From: Bryobacterales bacterium
GTDB taxonomy: Bacteria; Acidobacteriota; Terriglobia; Bryobacterales; UBA6623
Direction: 5' to 3'
Length of the DNA stretch: 64,000 bases
NCBI GenBank assembly: GCA_963422305.1
Contig: OY729422.1
Location: 2,280,436-2,344,435 of the forward strand
Of the stretch, positions 37,521 through 48,125 are shown one piece after another (within the stretch, counting starts at the first letter, position 1; each line of letters opens with the position of its first letter). The notes beneath the pieces were generated by a model. The model saw only the letters and a list, made by a program, of their open reading frames with translations. It did not search any database and was not told the DNA's origin. The position numbers and the translations under genes were made by a program.

Positions 37521-38948
37521 TCAACGGATCAAACGGTCAAGCTCCGCGGCCAGCGCCCTCTTCGTTTCCGCATGGGCGGGCGCCGACGCCAGATTCGTCC
37601 ACTCCATGGGGTCGGTTTCGTGGTTGTAGAGTTCCTCGCTTCCGTCCGAATAGCGAATGTAGCGCCAACGTTCCGTGCGCACGGCGTGATGCTTGCCCTG
37701 GTGAGTGGTAACCGCCGCAGTCGAGCGGGGCGCCGACGGATCCTTGAGCAGCGGAACCAGACTTTCTCCGTCAAGCCCTGCAGGCGGCCGCAATCCGGCC
37801 AGATCGACCAGCGTGGGATAGATGTCGATCAAGCTGACCGGGCGCAATGACTCGCCGCCGGGCGCAGTGACTCCGGGGGCGACGACAATCAGCGGAACGC
37901 GCGTGGCCTCCTCCCAGAGCGTACTCTTGTGGTATTTCTCTTTCTCGCCGATGTGGTAGCCGTGGTCGGACCAGAGCACGACTATCGTATTCGCCGCATG
38001 AGGGCTTGCTTCCAGTGCGCGCAGTACGCGGCCGATCATCGCATCGGCGAACGTCACCGACGCCAGGTAGCCCTGCGTCGCCGACTGCAGCGCGTTATGC
38101 TTGCGGATCATCGCTTCGTAGCTGTTCTTCGACTTCGTATAGCGCTTGGCAATCTTGGGCACGTCGGCAAGGTCGTCGGGCTTGATGGTCGGCAACTCGA
38201 TATCGGCCAGCGGATGCCCATCGAAAAACTCGCTCGGCGCGTACTGCGGGTCGTGTGGCCGATAGATGCCGGCGGCGATGAAGAAAGGCTTCTCGTGCTC
38301 GATCCGCAGTTGGCGCATCGCCCAGCGCGAAGTTTGCCCGTCTTCGGTGACGTTCGCCTTGAAATCGATCGGTCCCCAGTCCCAATGATGGTCGATCCCG
38401 TTGCGGTGGGTATCGATCAAGACCGGCGCCATAGGCAGCTGAATCGTTTTCGCGGGAAACCGGTCGTCCCATGCCTCAGGCTGCCCGAAGCCGCTCCGCC
38501 CGGCGTAGGGCGCTCCTTCGGCGTGGGTCAATGCGCCTTTCGAACCGCCGTGATTGGCATGAAATATCTTTCCGGCAGCGGCTGTGTAGTAGCCGTTTTT
38601 GCGGAAATAGCTCGGCAAGGAATCGATGCCTTTCAGCGAGTCGAAAGTCCGCCAATCGTCCATGTTGCCGACCACTCCGGTGGTCGTGGGCCGGCGTCCG
38701 AACAGCAGCGCCGTCCGCGACGGATTGCACAACGGCGAGGCGCAATGCGCGTTGGTAAACAGTACGCCGTGTTTGGCGAGACCGTCAATATTGGGGGTTG
38801 CGGCCTGCGGATGCCCGCCGAGACAGCCCACCCAATCGTTGAGATCGTCGACGGCGATGAAAAGAACATTGGGCTTGCGTTCGGCGGCGCGCAGCGCCGG
38901 AAGTAACAGCGCAAGCGCCGTTAAGAGAAGTCGAGCGGTCATCGTCAT
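37521..38948 (-). CDS. Secreted sulfatase
   Basis: Signal peptide MTMTARLLLTALALLLPALRA. PNVLFIAVDDLNDW, formylglycine motif CNPSRTALLFG, WSDHGYHIGEK. Confidence 0.85.
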   Translation of the reverse strand: MTMTARLLLTALALLLPALRAAERKPNVLFIAVDDLNDWVGCLGGHPQAATPNIDGLAKHGVLFTNAHCASPLCNPSRTALLFGRRPTTTGVVGNMDDWRTFDSLKGIDSLPSYFRKNGYYTAAAGKIFHANHGGSKGALTHAEGAPYAGRSGFGQPEAWDDRFPAKTIQLPMAPVLIDTHRNGIDHHWDWGPIDFKANVTEDGQTSRWAMRQLRIEHEKPFFIAAGIYRPHDPQYAPSEFFDGHPLADIELPTIKPDDLADVPKIAKRYTKSKNSYEAMIRKHNALQSATQGYLASVTFADAMIGRVLRALEASPHAANTIVVLWSDHGYHIGEKEKYHKSTLWEEATRVPLIVVAPGVTAPGGESLRPVSLIDIYPTLVDLAGLRPPAGLDGESLVPLLKDPSAPRSTAAVTTHQGKHHAVRTERWRYIRYSDGSEELYNHETDPMEWTNLASAPAHAETKRALAAELDRLIR

Positions 38949-39020
38949 GCCATTGTCGCGCCGGCGGGCCGACCTTAATAGGATAGATGTATGAATCCGA
39001 GGCTCGACCGCCAAACTCGC

Positions 39021-40505
39021 ATGTTAACCATCGCCGCGAGTTTTTTTTCAGTGCTCACGCTGTCGGCGCCGGCTCTCCCCGCCGCCGAACGTCCGGCGCG
39101 GCCCAACTTCATCCTCATCCTCACTGACGACCAGGGTTACGCCGACCTCGGCATCCAGGGACACCCTTATATCCGCACACCGAACATCGACCGCATGGCC
39201 CGCGAAGGCGTGCGCTTCACAGATTTCTATGCCCAGCCTTTCTGCGGACCGTCGCGCGCCGCTCTGATGACCGGCGCCTACCCCTCGCGCAACAGCCTGA
39301 TGTTCAACCACATCCCGCGGGCGCGGACCGGCATTCATCCCAATGAAATCACCATTGCCGAACTGCTGAAAGAGCGCGGCTACGCCACAGCGATGCTCGG
39401 CAAGTGGCATCTCGGCGACGCGCCGCAATTCCTGCCGACCCGCAACGGCTTCGACTCGTACTACGGCCTGCCGTACTCGAATGACATGTGGCCTTACCAC
39501 CCCAAGATCATTCGCCGCCCCGGCGAAGGCGAGCGCATGCGCTACACGCGCGAGCGCACCACTTACACCGGCTACGCCCAGTCCGACCAGACCTACCCCG
39601 TCAACTGGTTTCCTCCCCTGCCGCTCATGGAAAACGAGGAGGTCATTGAACTCAATCCCAAACAAGAACTGCTGACCGCGGCCTACGCCGACCGCGCGAT
39701 AGCTTTCATCGAGGCCAACAGCGAGCGGCCGTTCTTCATTTACTTGGCGCACACCATGCCTCACGTCCCCCTGTTTCGCAGCCGCCGCTTCCGCGGCAAG
39801 TCGATACGCGGACTCTACGGCGACGTCATCGAAGAGATCGACCACAACGTCGGGCGCATCCTAGAGACTCTCGAAGCGACGGGCATCGACGAAAAGACGC
39901 TGGTGATCTTCACTTCGGATAACGGCCCTTGGGCAGGCTACGGCATCGACTCCGGTTCGGCCGGTCCGCTGCGCGGCTCGAAGGGAACCCTCTTCGAAGG
40001 AGGCATCCGCGTACCCGCCATCATGCGCTGGCCGGGGCAAATACCGGCGAATTTGGTGACGTCCGAAATCGCCTCCAATATGGATATCCTGCCCACCCTG
40101 GCCAAGCTGTCCGGGGGGGCGTCTCCCTCAGACCGAGTTATCGACGGCCGCGACATCCGACCGCTCATGACCGACCCGCAGGCCAAGAGCGCTCACGACG
40201 CCCTCTATTTCTACGAAGGCGGATTCCGCTACAAGGCCGAAGACGGCCCGCCGAAAAACGACCCCAAGCTCAAGGCGGTTCGCTCCGGCCCGTGGAAGCT
40301 CCATGTGGAAACCGAGCCCGGAGAAGAGCCCGGCAGCCTTGATGTCGTTCCGACGGAACTTTTTAACCTGCACTACGACATCGGCGAAAGGTATCCGCTG
40401 ACTGACAAGCACCCGGAAGTCATCGAACGCCTGACCAAACAGGCCAAAAGCTTCAACGACAGCTTGCGTAAAAATACCCGTCCTCTGGGGCGTCTCGCGG
40501 ATTGA
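39021..40505 (+). CDS. Secreted arylsulfatase
   Basis: Signal peptide MLTIAASFFSVLTLSAPALPA. PNFILILTDDQGYADLG, CGPSRAALMTG, FTSDNGP, GSKGTLFEGGIRVP. Confidence 0.85.
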   Translation: MLTIAASFFSVLTLSAPALPAAERPARPNFILILTDDQGYADLGIQGHPYIRTPNIDRMAREGVRFTDFYAQPFCGPSRAALMTGAYPSRNSLMFNHIPRARTGIHPNEITIAELLKERGYATAMLGKWHLGDAPQFLPTRNGFDSYYGLPYSNDMWPYHPKIIRRPGEGERMRYTRERTTYTGYAQSDQTYPVNWFPPLPLMENEEVIELNPKQELLTAAYADRAIAFIEANSERPFFIYLAHTMPHVPLFRSRRFRGKSIRGLYGDVIEEIDHNVGRILETLEATGIDEKTLVIFTSDNGPWAGYGIDSGSAGPLRGSKGTLFEGGIRVPAIMRWPGQIPANLVTSEIASNMDILPTLAKLSGGASPSDRVIDGRDIRPLMTDPQAKSAHDALYFYEGGFRYKAEDGPPKNDPKLKAVRSGPWKLHVETEPGEEPGSLDVVPTELFNLHYDIGERYPLTDKHPEVIERLTKQAKSFNDSLRKNTRPLGRLAD

Positions 40506-40557
40506 GCAGTGAGCTTGGGCGGCGCCGTCGGAGGCCCCGCCCAAGCGGCTGTTTGTA

Positions 40558-41452
40558 ACCGACAATGCCTCCCATCATTCGCGCGAAGGCATTCATCAAG
40601 CCGAACAGACCGGCGACCAATCCCGCGGTTGCAAGGCCGAGGTCGAAGTAATCGTGGAAGTACAACACCGCGATGTTGTTGATCATCAACTCGACGCCGA
40701 AGCACACGCCGTAAATGACGAACAGTGCCCAGACGCGGTAGTCGGCACCAAGCCTTCAAGAACATGCCGGTAACCTTGTGAGAGCCATCTATGTCACCCT
40801 TGGCGCGAAGATCGGCGTAGTTGCCGCCGGGCGAATCTTCGGTGAACTTTCAATAGAGGAAAGCGATCAACAGCAGCGCGAAGCCGGGGACGACCATCGC
40901 CATGCGCCGGCCCATCGCTTCACTGGCCGCGAACGTCATCACGCCGGCAAAAATCAAGGGCATCGCCATCTGCGTTACGCAGCCGCCAAGATTGCCCCAG
41001 CCGGCGGTCGTCGCGTTCGCAGTGCCGACTGTATTGGGATCGAACATCACCGACGTGTGGTATTGCGTGATGACGAACGAAGCGCCGATTGCGCCGATCG
41101 CCAAGCGGCACAAAAGAAACGTCTCGTAACTATCCGCCAAGCCGATGGTCATCACCGGAATCGAACCGACCGTCAACAGCCAGGTGTATGCCCGGCGCGG
41201 TCCGATCTTGTCGCACAGCCAGCCGATAGCCAGTCTGGCGACAACCGTGATTCCAACGGACGCGATAATCGTATTGCCGATCTGCTCTTTGGCGAGGTTG
41301 AGTTCCTCGCGGACGACCGCCATCAGCGGCGCAATCACGAACCAGTCGAAAAAACACAGGAAAAACGCAAACCAAGTCATGTGGAACGTGTGCATCGGGA
41401 TCGTGTTGAAGCTGAACAAGTTGATCTTGGTTGCTTTGCCTTTGAAATCCAT
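40558..41452 (-). pseudogene. narK: MFS nitrate/nitrite transporter NarK-like, inactivated and 3'-truncated
   Basis: The N-terminal half is intact in frame (FHMTWFAFFLCFFDWF..., GWGNLGG). In-frame TGA at 40850-40852 falls where Trp is expected (FLY*KFTEDSPGGNY). Frame change at about 40744-40747 (KAW | DYRVWALFVIYGVCFGVELMINN). Similarity ends after FARMMGGIVG at about 40558, next to the sulfatase 3' end, so the last TM helices are missing. Confidence 0.7.
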
Positions 41453-41593
41453 TGCTAACTCTCCGTTTCAAGCCGGACATATCCGGCACGGCGCGCAATT
41501 CATGCCGCGCGCTCGTTATGTTTCTTGTGGAAATCGCCGAACGTCCGGGTTCGGCTCGATCCCTCGCCGACTGAGGATGGCTTGATGCACAAT

Positions 41594-43785
41594 TCAAGCA
41601 ACGGTTTCGACGCCGCTCTTCTCCACTCGAACCGCCGCTTGCTTGTATTTCGGCTCCCGCGAAATCGGGTAGAACGCACTTTGCGTCAGGCGGTTGGAGT
41701 TCTTTTCCTCGTAATGAAACGGCATGAAGACCTGGCCGAGCGCGACGATCTCGGTAATGCGCAATTCAGGGTTTTCGACGCGGCCGCGCGGTGAAATCAC
41801 GGTGACGCGGTCGTGCGGCTTCAAGCCGAGGCGTCGGGCGTCGCGCGGGTTCATCTCGAGCCAAGCGGTCGGCGACATGCGTTCCAGGATTTTGACTTCC
41901 TTCGTTTTCGTGCGAGTGTGCCAGTACTCGACCGTGCGGCCCGTATTGAAGACGAAGGGGAAGGCGTCGCTGGGTTGCTCGGGATAGGGTTCCCATTCGA
42001 CCGGGAAAAATTTCGCCTTGCCGTCCGGCGTCTGGAACTCGCCGTCGGCGTAGAGCCTGCTTGTCGGCGGGTGCTTGCCGTTAGTCCGCCGCGCCTGCTC
42101 GGAGGTGAACGGCCACTGCACGGCATGGTGCTTTTCGAGTAACTCGTAGCTCAATCCGGAATAATCGCAGAGACGCCCCGCGGAAACTTTGCGCCACTCG
42201 TTGAAGGCGTCTTCGGGGCATGTCCAGCCGGGGTAGAGTTTCTCTTTGATGCCGAGTTCCTCGACGAACGCCAGGAAAATATCGAAGTCGGATTTAGCTT
42301 CGCCGGGCGGCTCCACGGCCCGGTTGACCTTGCTGACCCGCCGCTCGGAGTTGGTGTAGGAGCCTTCCTTCTCGCCCCATACGGCCGCGGGCAAAACCAG
42401 ATCGGCCGTCTCGGTCGTGGGCGTCGGGTGAAAGCCGTCCTGTATCACAAGAAAGTCGAGGTTCTCGAAGCCCTGCCTCAAGATTTCGATATTGGGGAAC
42501 GAAACCAGCGGGTTGGTGGCAATAATCCAAAGAGCACGGATATCTCCTTTGATGCAGGCCGCGATGATAGCCGGATAAGCATGCCCGCGCTCCGCAGGCA
42601 GATCATCGGGCGAGAGATTCCAGAACCGAGCCAGGTCCTCGCGGTCGCCGAAATCGTCGAACTTGCGATAGCCCGGCATAGACGCCGTGAAGTCGGTCTC
42701 GCGAGTGCCCATGTTGTTGCACTGGCCGGTGATCGAAAAGGGAGAGGAGCCGATCTTACCGATGTTGCCCGTGAGCAGGGCTAGGTTGTTAATGACGTTG
42801 ACGGTGTCGGCCCCTTTCGTTGAGTGGTTGACGCCCATGGTCCAAACAATGAAGGGCGCCGGGCGCGGCCGTAGAGTAGGGCGGCGCGGTAAATTTGCTC
42901 CTCGCTGAGTCCGCTGATCCGGGCGGTGCGCTCAGGTGTGTATTTTGCGAGGTGTTCCTTGAGTTGCTCGAAGCCCGTTGTGTGCGCGTCGATGTAGTCC
43001 CGATCGATCAGACCGACGCGAATCAAGATATGCGCCATACCGTTGAGCAGAGCGATATCCGAGCGCGGTTTCAGAGGCAGGTAGATGGCGGCGATTTGCG
43101 CGGTTTTGCTGACTCTTGGGGCGGTGACGACGGTCTTGTTCGGATTCCGCTCCAGTCGGTAGCACAGGATCGGGTGGTTGTCGGCGATATTCGCGCCGAT
43201 CAACAAGACGACATCCGTTTTCTCGAAATCGTCGTAGGTCCCCGGAGGGCCGTCACTGCCGAATGAGCGCTTGTAGCTGGAGACGGCGCCCGCCATGCAC
43301 AGAGTCGTGTTGCCGTCTTAGTTGTTGGTTCTGAAACCGAGTTGGACCAGTTTCCCGAGCGTATAGAACTCTTCGGTCACCAACTGTCCGGTGCTAACGA
43401 CGCCCAGAGCTCGGGGCCGTAGCGCCGTTGCACCCGTTGAAATTCATTGACCGCTTTATGCGCCGCTTCGCTCGAAACGCCCTTTTTTCTTCAAATAGCG
43501 GGTATTTCGCGCGGCTCCCGGCTGCGATAATCTCGTGCTCGGAAAGACCCTTCGGACAGAGCTTGCCTATAAGTTGACCGGGTGATCTTCGTTGCCACGG
43601 ACGGCCACGGCCTTGTCGTCGCGCACTCCGATGTGTATGCCGCAGCCGACCGAACAGTAGCCGCAAGTCGTCGTCACCCAGCGGTCGGGAATCTTTGCCG
43701 CCGAGGTATAGCCGAACCGCGGGTCGCGGCCATAGGCGTACTTTTCCTTGAGCGTGTCGAGACCGAGCAGCCGTTTTATATTCAT
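41594..43785 (-). pseudogene. Molybdopterin (bis-MGD) oxidoreductase, assimilatory nitrate reductase NasA/NarB-like, inactivated
   Basis: N-terminal 4Fe-4S motif TTCGYCSVGCG...HPVN.GKLCPKG. CMAGAVSSYKRSFG, TMGVNHSTKG, GQCNNMG, C-terminal FMPFHYEE. The reading frame changes at about 43568-43573, at the T6 run 43483-43488, at the C3 run 43403-43405, and at about 42853-42870. In-frame TAA at 43318-43320 (TNN*DGNTTLCM). Confidence 0.75.
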
Positions 43786-43979
43786 GCCGCCTCTCGCCGC
43801 TCGAAGAAGGTCATCGCCATGTTCTTGGGAACAACGCTGACAAAGAACAGATAACGGCCGATTAATGCCCCGGCCGGCGCCAACACGAACCCTGCCGCCG
43901 CCCGGCCCATCATCGGCAGCGTGACGGCGCCAAGCATCAGAAATCCCAGTTGCAACAGAAAACAGGTGGGCGAACTCAC
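43782..43979 (-). pseudogene. Remnant C-terminus of a membrane-anchor subunit (NrfD/DmsC-like), coupled to the molybdoenzyme gene
   Basis: Hydrophobic ...LGFLMLGAVTLPMMG...GRYLFFVSVVPKNMA resembles the C-terminal ER(Y/W)LFF segment of NrfD/DmsC-type anchors. Its TGA overlaps the molybdoenzyme ATG (ATGA at 43782-43785). Upstream (43980-44390) no single frame stays protein-like. Confidence 0.3.
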
Positions 43980-44543
43980 CCGAGAGCAACCACGCCGATG
44001 CTTGTTTTTCGTATTCTTCTGAGCGCACCAGGCGCCAGAACCGCCAAAGCTGGTTCAATATATGAGCAACGGCAGCCTTCGCGGCCGCTTGCGGCAGCAT
44101 GTCGTGTTCACCGCTGACCGCCGCCGTTAGCAGAGGCCCGATCGTCGCGGGGAATGGTACGCCTGTCAAAACATGTGTCCGCACAAGACCGCTGCACAAG
44201 AAGCCATTCTTGCTGCAAACCGGCGAATGCTTGTCGGGCGAGCCGTATTTCCTTGAAGGTTTTTCCGGTACAAATCGCAAGCAACGGAGTTTATCTCCTC
44301 GCACCGCCCGAGAAGCAACTCGACGCACTGTTGTCAACGTAGGCGTACTGCATCCGCGTGGGTAACACCGCAACGCCGGTGTAAGCGGCACTTAAATTGC
44401 GGGCAGCGCACCACTCGCATTGCGATCAATGGCAGAGTCGATTGTGGCCGAACACGGCCAATAGGATAACGATCTCGCGTCAAGAATCGATGCAAGACAT
44501 TCTTTCCGAACCTCGGCCGCCTATAAGAAATTATGAACCTTCC

Positions 44544-44559
44544 GCCGGAATTTTCCGGC
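44544..44559. promoter_or_regulatory. Perfect 7-2-7 palindrome upstream of iolD (candidate operator)
   Basis: GCCGGAA-TT-TTCCGGC at 44544-44559, about 48 nt before the iolD ATG. Confidence 0.3.
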
Positions 44560-44606
44560 GCCTTGCGATAGAATCGTTTACGCCTTGTGCTTCCGGAGGA
44601 CGACGA

Positions 44607-46460
44607 ATGACGCGCCGCTTGACCATGGCTCAGGCCACTATCGAATTCCTCAAAAACCAGTACGTCGAGCGCGACGGCGAGGCAAACCGTTTTTTCGACG
44701 GATGCTTCGGCATTTTCGGACACGGCAACGTTGCCGGCATAGGCCAGGCGCTGCACCAGGACCAGTCCTTCCCCTACTACCTTTGCCGCAACGAGCAGGC
44801 GATGGTGCATACCGCGGCCGCCTATGCCAAAATGACGAACCGCAAGCGGACTCTAGTATGCACAACCTCGATCGGCCCCGGCGCGACCAACATGCTCACG
44901 GGCGCAGCGGCAGCGACCATCAACCGCGTGCCGGTACTGCTGCTTCCCGGCGACATCTTCGCCCGCCGCAACGTGGCGCCGGTTCTCCAGCAACTCGAAT
45001 CACCGAGCAGCCAAGATATCTCCGTAAACGACTGCTTCAAACCGGTATCGCGCTACTGGGACCGCATTCAGCGCGCCGAGCAGGTTGCTTCCGCGCTCCC
45101 CGAGGCGATGCGTGTCCTCACTAGTCCGGCCGAAACCGGAACGGTGACGCTCAGTATGCCGCAGGATGTCCAAACCGAAGCGTTCGACTATCCCGCCACC
45201 CTTTTCGAAAAGCGCGTCTGGAGAATCCGGCGGCCGCGCGGCGACGCCGCAAGCCTGGCGGCCGCGGCCGATCTCGTCCGCTCCTCGAACAAGCCGCTGA
45301 TCGTCGCCGGCGGCGGCGTGATCTACAGCGAGGCTGCCGAAGCGCTCTCCGGCTTCGCCGCCACAACCGGTATTCCCGTGGCCGAGACCATGGCCGGCAA
45401 AGGCTCGCTCCGCTTCGACCATCCGCAGGCCGTCGGTGGAATGGGCGTCACCGGCGTCGCCGGCGCGAACATCCTTGCACGCGAGGCCGATCTCATCATC
45501 GGCATCGGCACACGCTACAGCGACTTCACAAGCGCATCGAAAACCGCGTTCCAGAACCCGAACGTCCGCTTCCTCAACATCAATGTCGCCGAGTTTGACG
45601 CCTTCAAGCACGCCGCCCTGCCCATAGTGGCCGATGCAAAAATCGCTCTGGAAGAACTTGCAACCGCGGTCCGAGGCTACTACACAGACGCAGCTTATAG
45701 AGAACGTATCGACCGCTACCGAGCCGCGTGGGAGGCCGAAGTGGAGCGCATCTACAACCTGCGGCACGGCCCGCCCATCAGTCAAGGCGAAGTCATCGGC
45801 GTCGTCAATATCCTGTCCAGCGAAAGGGATGTCGTGGTCAACGCCGCCGGCAGCATGCCGGGCGATCTGCACAAACTCTGGCGGACACGCGATGCCAAAG
45901 GCTTCCATCTTGAATACGGTTACTCGACTATGGGCTACGAAGTAGCCGGGGGGTTGGGCATCAAGATGGCCGACCCCAGCCGCGAGGTCTATGTCCTGGT
46001 CGGCGACGGCTCTTATCTGATGCTCGCCCAGGAAATCGCGACATCGGTTCAGGAGGGCATTAAGCTCAACATCGTGGTTGTCGATAATCAAGGCTTCGCC
46101 AGCATCGGAGCGCTCAGCGAATCCTGCGGCAGCGCGGGCTACGGCACCGAGTACCGCTTTCGGCGAAACGGCAGACTGAACGGCGAAAAGATTCCCGTTG
46201 ACTTTGTTGAAAACGCCCACAGCCTGGGCGCACATGCTGTCCGCGCTGCGACCCGAGCCGAACTCGAAGACGCCGTCCGCGCCATGCGCGGCCACGACCG
46301 CACCAGCGTCGTGGTGGTGAAGGTCGACCGCGACCAGCAGATCGAGGGCTGCGAAAGCTGGTGGGACGTGCCCATCGCCGAAGTCTCCGAGGTCGAAGCC
46401 GTCCGGGCTGCCCGCAAAGATTGGGAATCCGCCGTCAAACGGGAGCGTTACTATCTCTGA
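44607..46460 (+). CDS. iolD: 3D-(3,5/4)-trihydroxycyclohexane-1,2-dione acylhydrolase (IolD), ThDP-dependent
   Basis: ATG 6 nt after GGAGGA. RLTMAQATIEFLKNQYVERDGE..FFDGCFGIFGHGNVAGIGQAL closely parallels the IolD N-terminus. ThDP motif GDGSYLM...NN. Confidence 0.85.
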   Translation: MTRRLTMAQATIEFLKNQYVERDGEANRFFDGCFGIFGHGNVAGIGQALHQDQSFPYYLCRNEQAMVHTAAAYAKMTNRKRTLVCTTSIGPGATNMLTGAAAATINRVPVLLLPGDIFARRNVAPVLQQLESPSSQDISVNDCFKPVSRYWDRIQRAEQVASALPEAMRVLTSPAETGTVTLSMPQDVQTEAFDYPATLFEKRVWRIRRPRGDAASLAAAADLVRSSNKPLIVAGGGVIYSEAAEALSGFAATTGIPVAETMAGKGSLRFDHPQAVGGMGVTGVAGANILAREADLIIGIGTRYSDFTSASKTAFQNPNVRFLNINVAEFDAFKHAALPIVADAKIALEELATAVRGYYTDAAYRERIDRYRAAWEAEVERIYNLRHGPPISQGEVIGVVNILSSERDVVVNAAGSMPGDLHKLWRTRDAKGFHLEYGYSTMGYEVAGGLGIKMADPSREVYVLVGDGSYLMLAQEIATSVQEGIKLNIVVVDNQGFASIGALSESCGSAGYGTEYRFRRNGRLNGEKIPVDFVENAHSLGAHAVRAATRAELEDAVRAMRGHDRTSVVVVKVDRDQQIEGCESWWDVPIAEVSEVEAVRAARKDWESAVKRERYYL

Positions 46461-46538
46461 CGGCCACGAGGTCGACGCACGCTAACCGCATTGGCTCAGC
46501 CTCGGCGAATACAGGACAATATAAAGTTCTCGAGACCG

Positions 46539-47426
46539 ATGTCTGACGAACCTCAGTCTTCAGCCGGCGTAAAAAACGACCGGACGCCGAACGGCAGTGT
46601 TTCCGAACCGTCGGCTTGGTGGCGCGTGCAACTCGCCCGTCATCCCGAGCGGCCCCATTCGCTCGACTACATCGGACGCCTCTTCGACCGCTTCCACGAA
46701 ATTCACGGTGATAGAAACTTCGGCGACGATCCGGCGATCGTCTCTGGTTTCTGTTTTTTCCAGGACCGCCCGGTCATGGTCATCGCCCAACAAAAGGGGC
46801 GCCAGACCAAGCAGAAGCTTCATCGCAACTTCGGCATGCCGAAACCCGAGGGGTACCGCAAGGCACTGCGCGCGATGAAACTCGCCGAGAAATTCGGGCG
46901 GCCGATCCTCACGTTTCTGGATACGCCCGGCGCTTACCCCGGCATGGACGCCGAAGAGCGCGGACAGGCCGAGGCCATCGCCCGCAACCTCTACGAAATG
47001 GCCTGCATCGAAGCGCCTATCGTCGTAACCTGCATCGGTGAGGGAGGCAGCGGCGGCGCCTTGGCCCTCGGCGTCGGCAACCGCGTCCTGATGATGGAAA
47101 ACGCCGTTTACAGCGTGATCTCGCCCGAAAGTTGCGCCGCCATCGTCTGGCGGGATTCCAGCAAGGCCGAACTTGCCGCCGATGCTCTAAAACTTACGGC
47201 CAACGATCTGACAAGGCTCGGCTTGGTCGATGAAATCGTTCCCGAGTCTGGAGGCGGAGCTCACGCTGATTTCGACGCTGCCGCGCAAAATTTGGCCGCG
47301 GCGCTCGCACAAAACCTGAGCGATCTGCAAGATCTCTCTCCCAAACAACTCGTCGAGGACCGCTACACGAAATTCCGAGCCATGGGCGGGTTCTTCGAAG
47401 AAATCAAGCCTGACGCCGGCGGTTGA
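46539..47426 (+). CDS. accA: Acetyl-CoA carboxylase carboxyltransferase alpha subunit
   Basis: [59 protein letters not shown]. Confidence 0.9.
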   Translation: MSDEPQSSAGVKNDRTPNGSVSEPSAWWRVQLARHPERPHSLDYIGRLFDRFHEIHGDRNFGDDPAIVSGFCFFQDRPVMVIAQQKGRQTKQKLHRNFGMPKPEGYRKALRAMKLAEKFGRPILTFLDTPGAYPGMDAEERGQAEAIARNLYEMACIEAPIVVTCIGEGGSGGALALGVGNRVLMMENAVYSVISPESCAAIVWRDSSKAELAADALKLTANDLTRLGLVDEIVPESGGGAHADFDAAAQNLAAALAQNLSDLQDLSPKQLVEDRYTKFRAMGGFFEEIKPDAGG

Positions 47427-47435
47427 CCGCATCGC

Positions 47436-47747
47436 TCAACCGGCAGACAATCCGCGATCTTCAACCGGCCGGTCGAGATCGAGCAGCTTGAGCATACGCA
47501 TACTCCTCTCGTCCACTTGCGAGCGGTAGCTTTCCATCGCGCTGCGTTCCGTAAGCAATTGATCGGCGAGGTGCAACGCCGTCAGAACCGCCACTCTATA
47601 GCTGTCCGCGGTCTGCATGCGGCCGGCGATATGGTTCATCTTCTCATCGACTATGCGCGCGACCTCACGGACATGCTCCGGGTTGTCTCCCTTGAGCTGA
47701 TGGGTCCGACCGAAAATCCGAACTTCAACGCCTCTGTCGGACGCCAC
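47436..47747 (-). CDS. zapA: Cell division protein ZapA
   Basis: VEVRIFGRTHQLKGDNPEHVREVARIVDEKMNHI..., VAVLTALHLADQLL. Confidence 0.8.
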   Translation of the reverse strand: MASDRGVEVRIFGRTHQLKGDNPEHVREVARIVDEKMNHIAGRMQTADSYRVAVLTALHLADQLLTERSAMESYRSQVDERSMRMLKLLDLDRPVEDRGLSAG

Positions 47748-47763
47748 GATCCTTCCTCCCCGT

Positions 47764-48042
47764 CTAGCCCAACTTTTCGACTAACTCCAGCAACGATTCG
47801 ATTCGCCGCCGGCACTCACCCCGCTGCTCCTCGACACTGCCGGCCGATGCCTGCAATTGCGCTAACTTGCGATTTTTACTTGCAAGCTGACCGCGCAGTT
47901 GCTCCGCCTCTAGTTCTGCTTGCAATCGCAACTCCTGCGCCTTGCGAAGCTGCTCGACGACTTCGACGATGCGGTTTTCCAATTTGTCAAGAGAGCCGAT
48001 TTCTGTGACATTCGCGGTCGATGTCAAGTCTTGCGATTCCAC
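47764..48042 (-). CDS. ZapB-like coiled-coil protein
   Basis: 92-aa heptad-rich sequence (LDKLENRIVEVVEQLRKAQELRLQAELEAEQLRGQL...) directly upstream of zapA. Confidence 0.45.
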   Translation of the reverse strand: MESQDLTSTANVTEIGSLDKLENRIVEVVEQLRKAQELRLQAELEAEQLRGQLASKNRKLAQLQASAGSVEEQRGECRRRIESLLELVEKLG

Positions 48043-48125
48043 TGAATGAAGTTTCCCTCTACCTCTCTATCCTAATTCATGGCCCGAATCGGATCCGCAG
48101 CGCGCCGAAAGATTTCTTGTTGTCT

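Noticed and set aside
43980-44391. The N-terminal 200 aa of track ORF 43567..44391 as part of the molybdoenzyme, or as an intact 4Fe-4S/anchor gene.
   Set aside because: The molybdoenzyme clearly starts at MNIKRLLG (43785), with the upstream stop overlapping it. Upstream, the translation is not protein-like in any single frame. Cys-containing snippets did not form CxxCxxCxxxC ferredoxin spacing.
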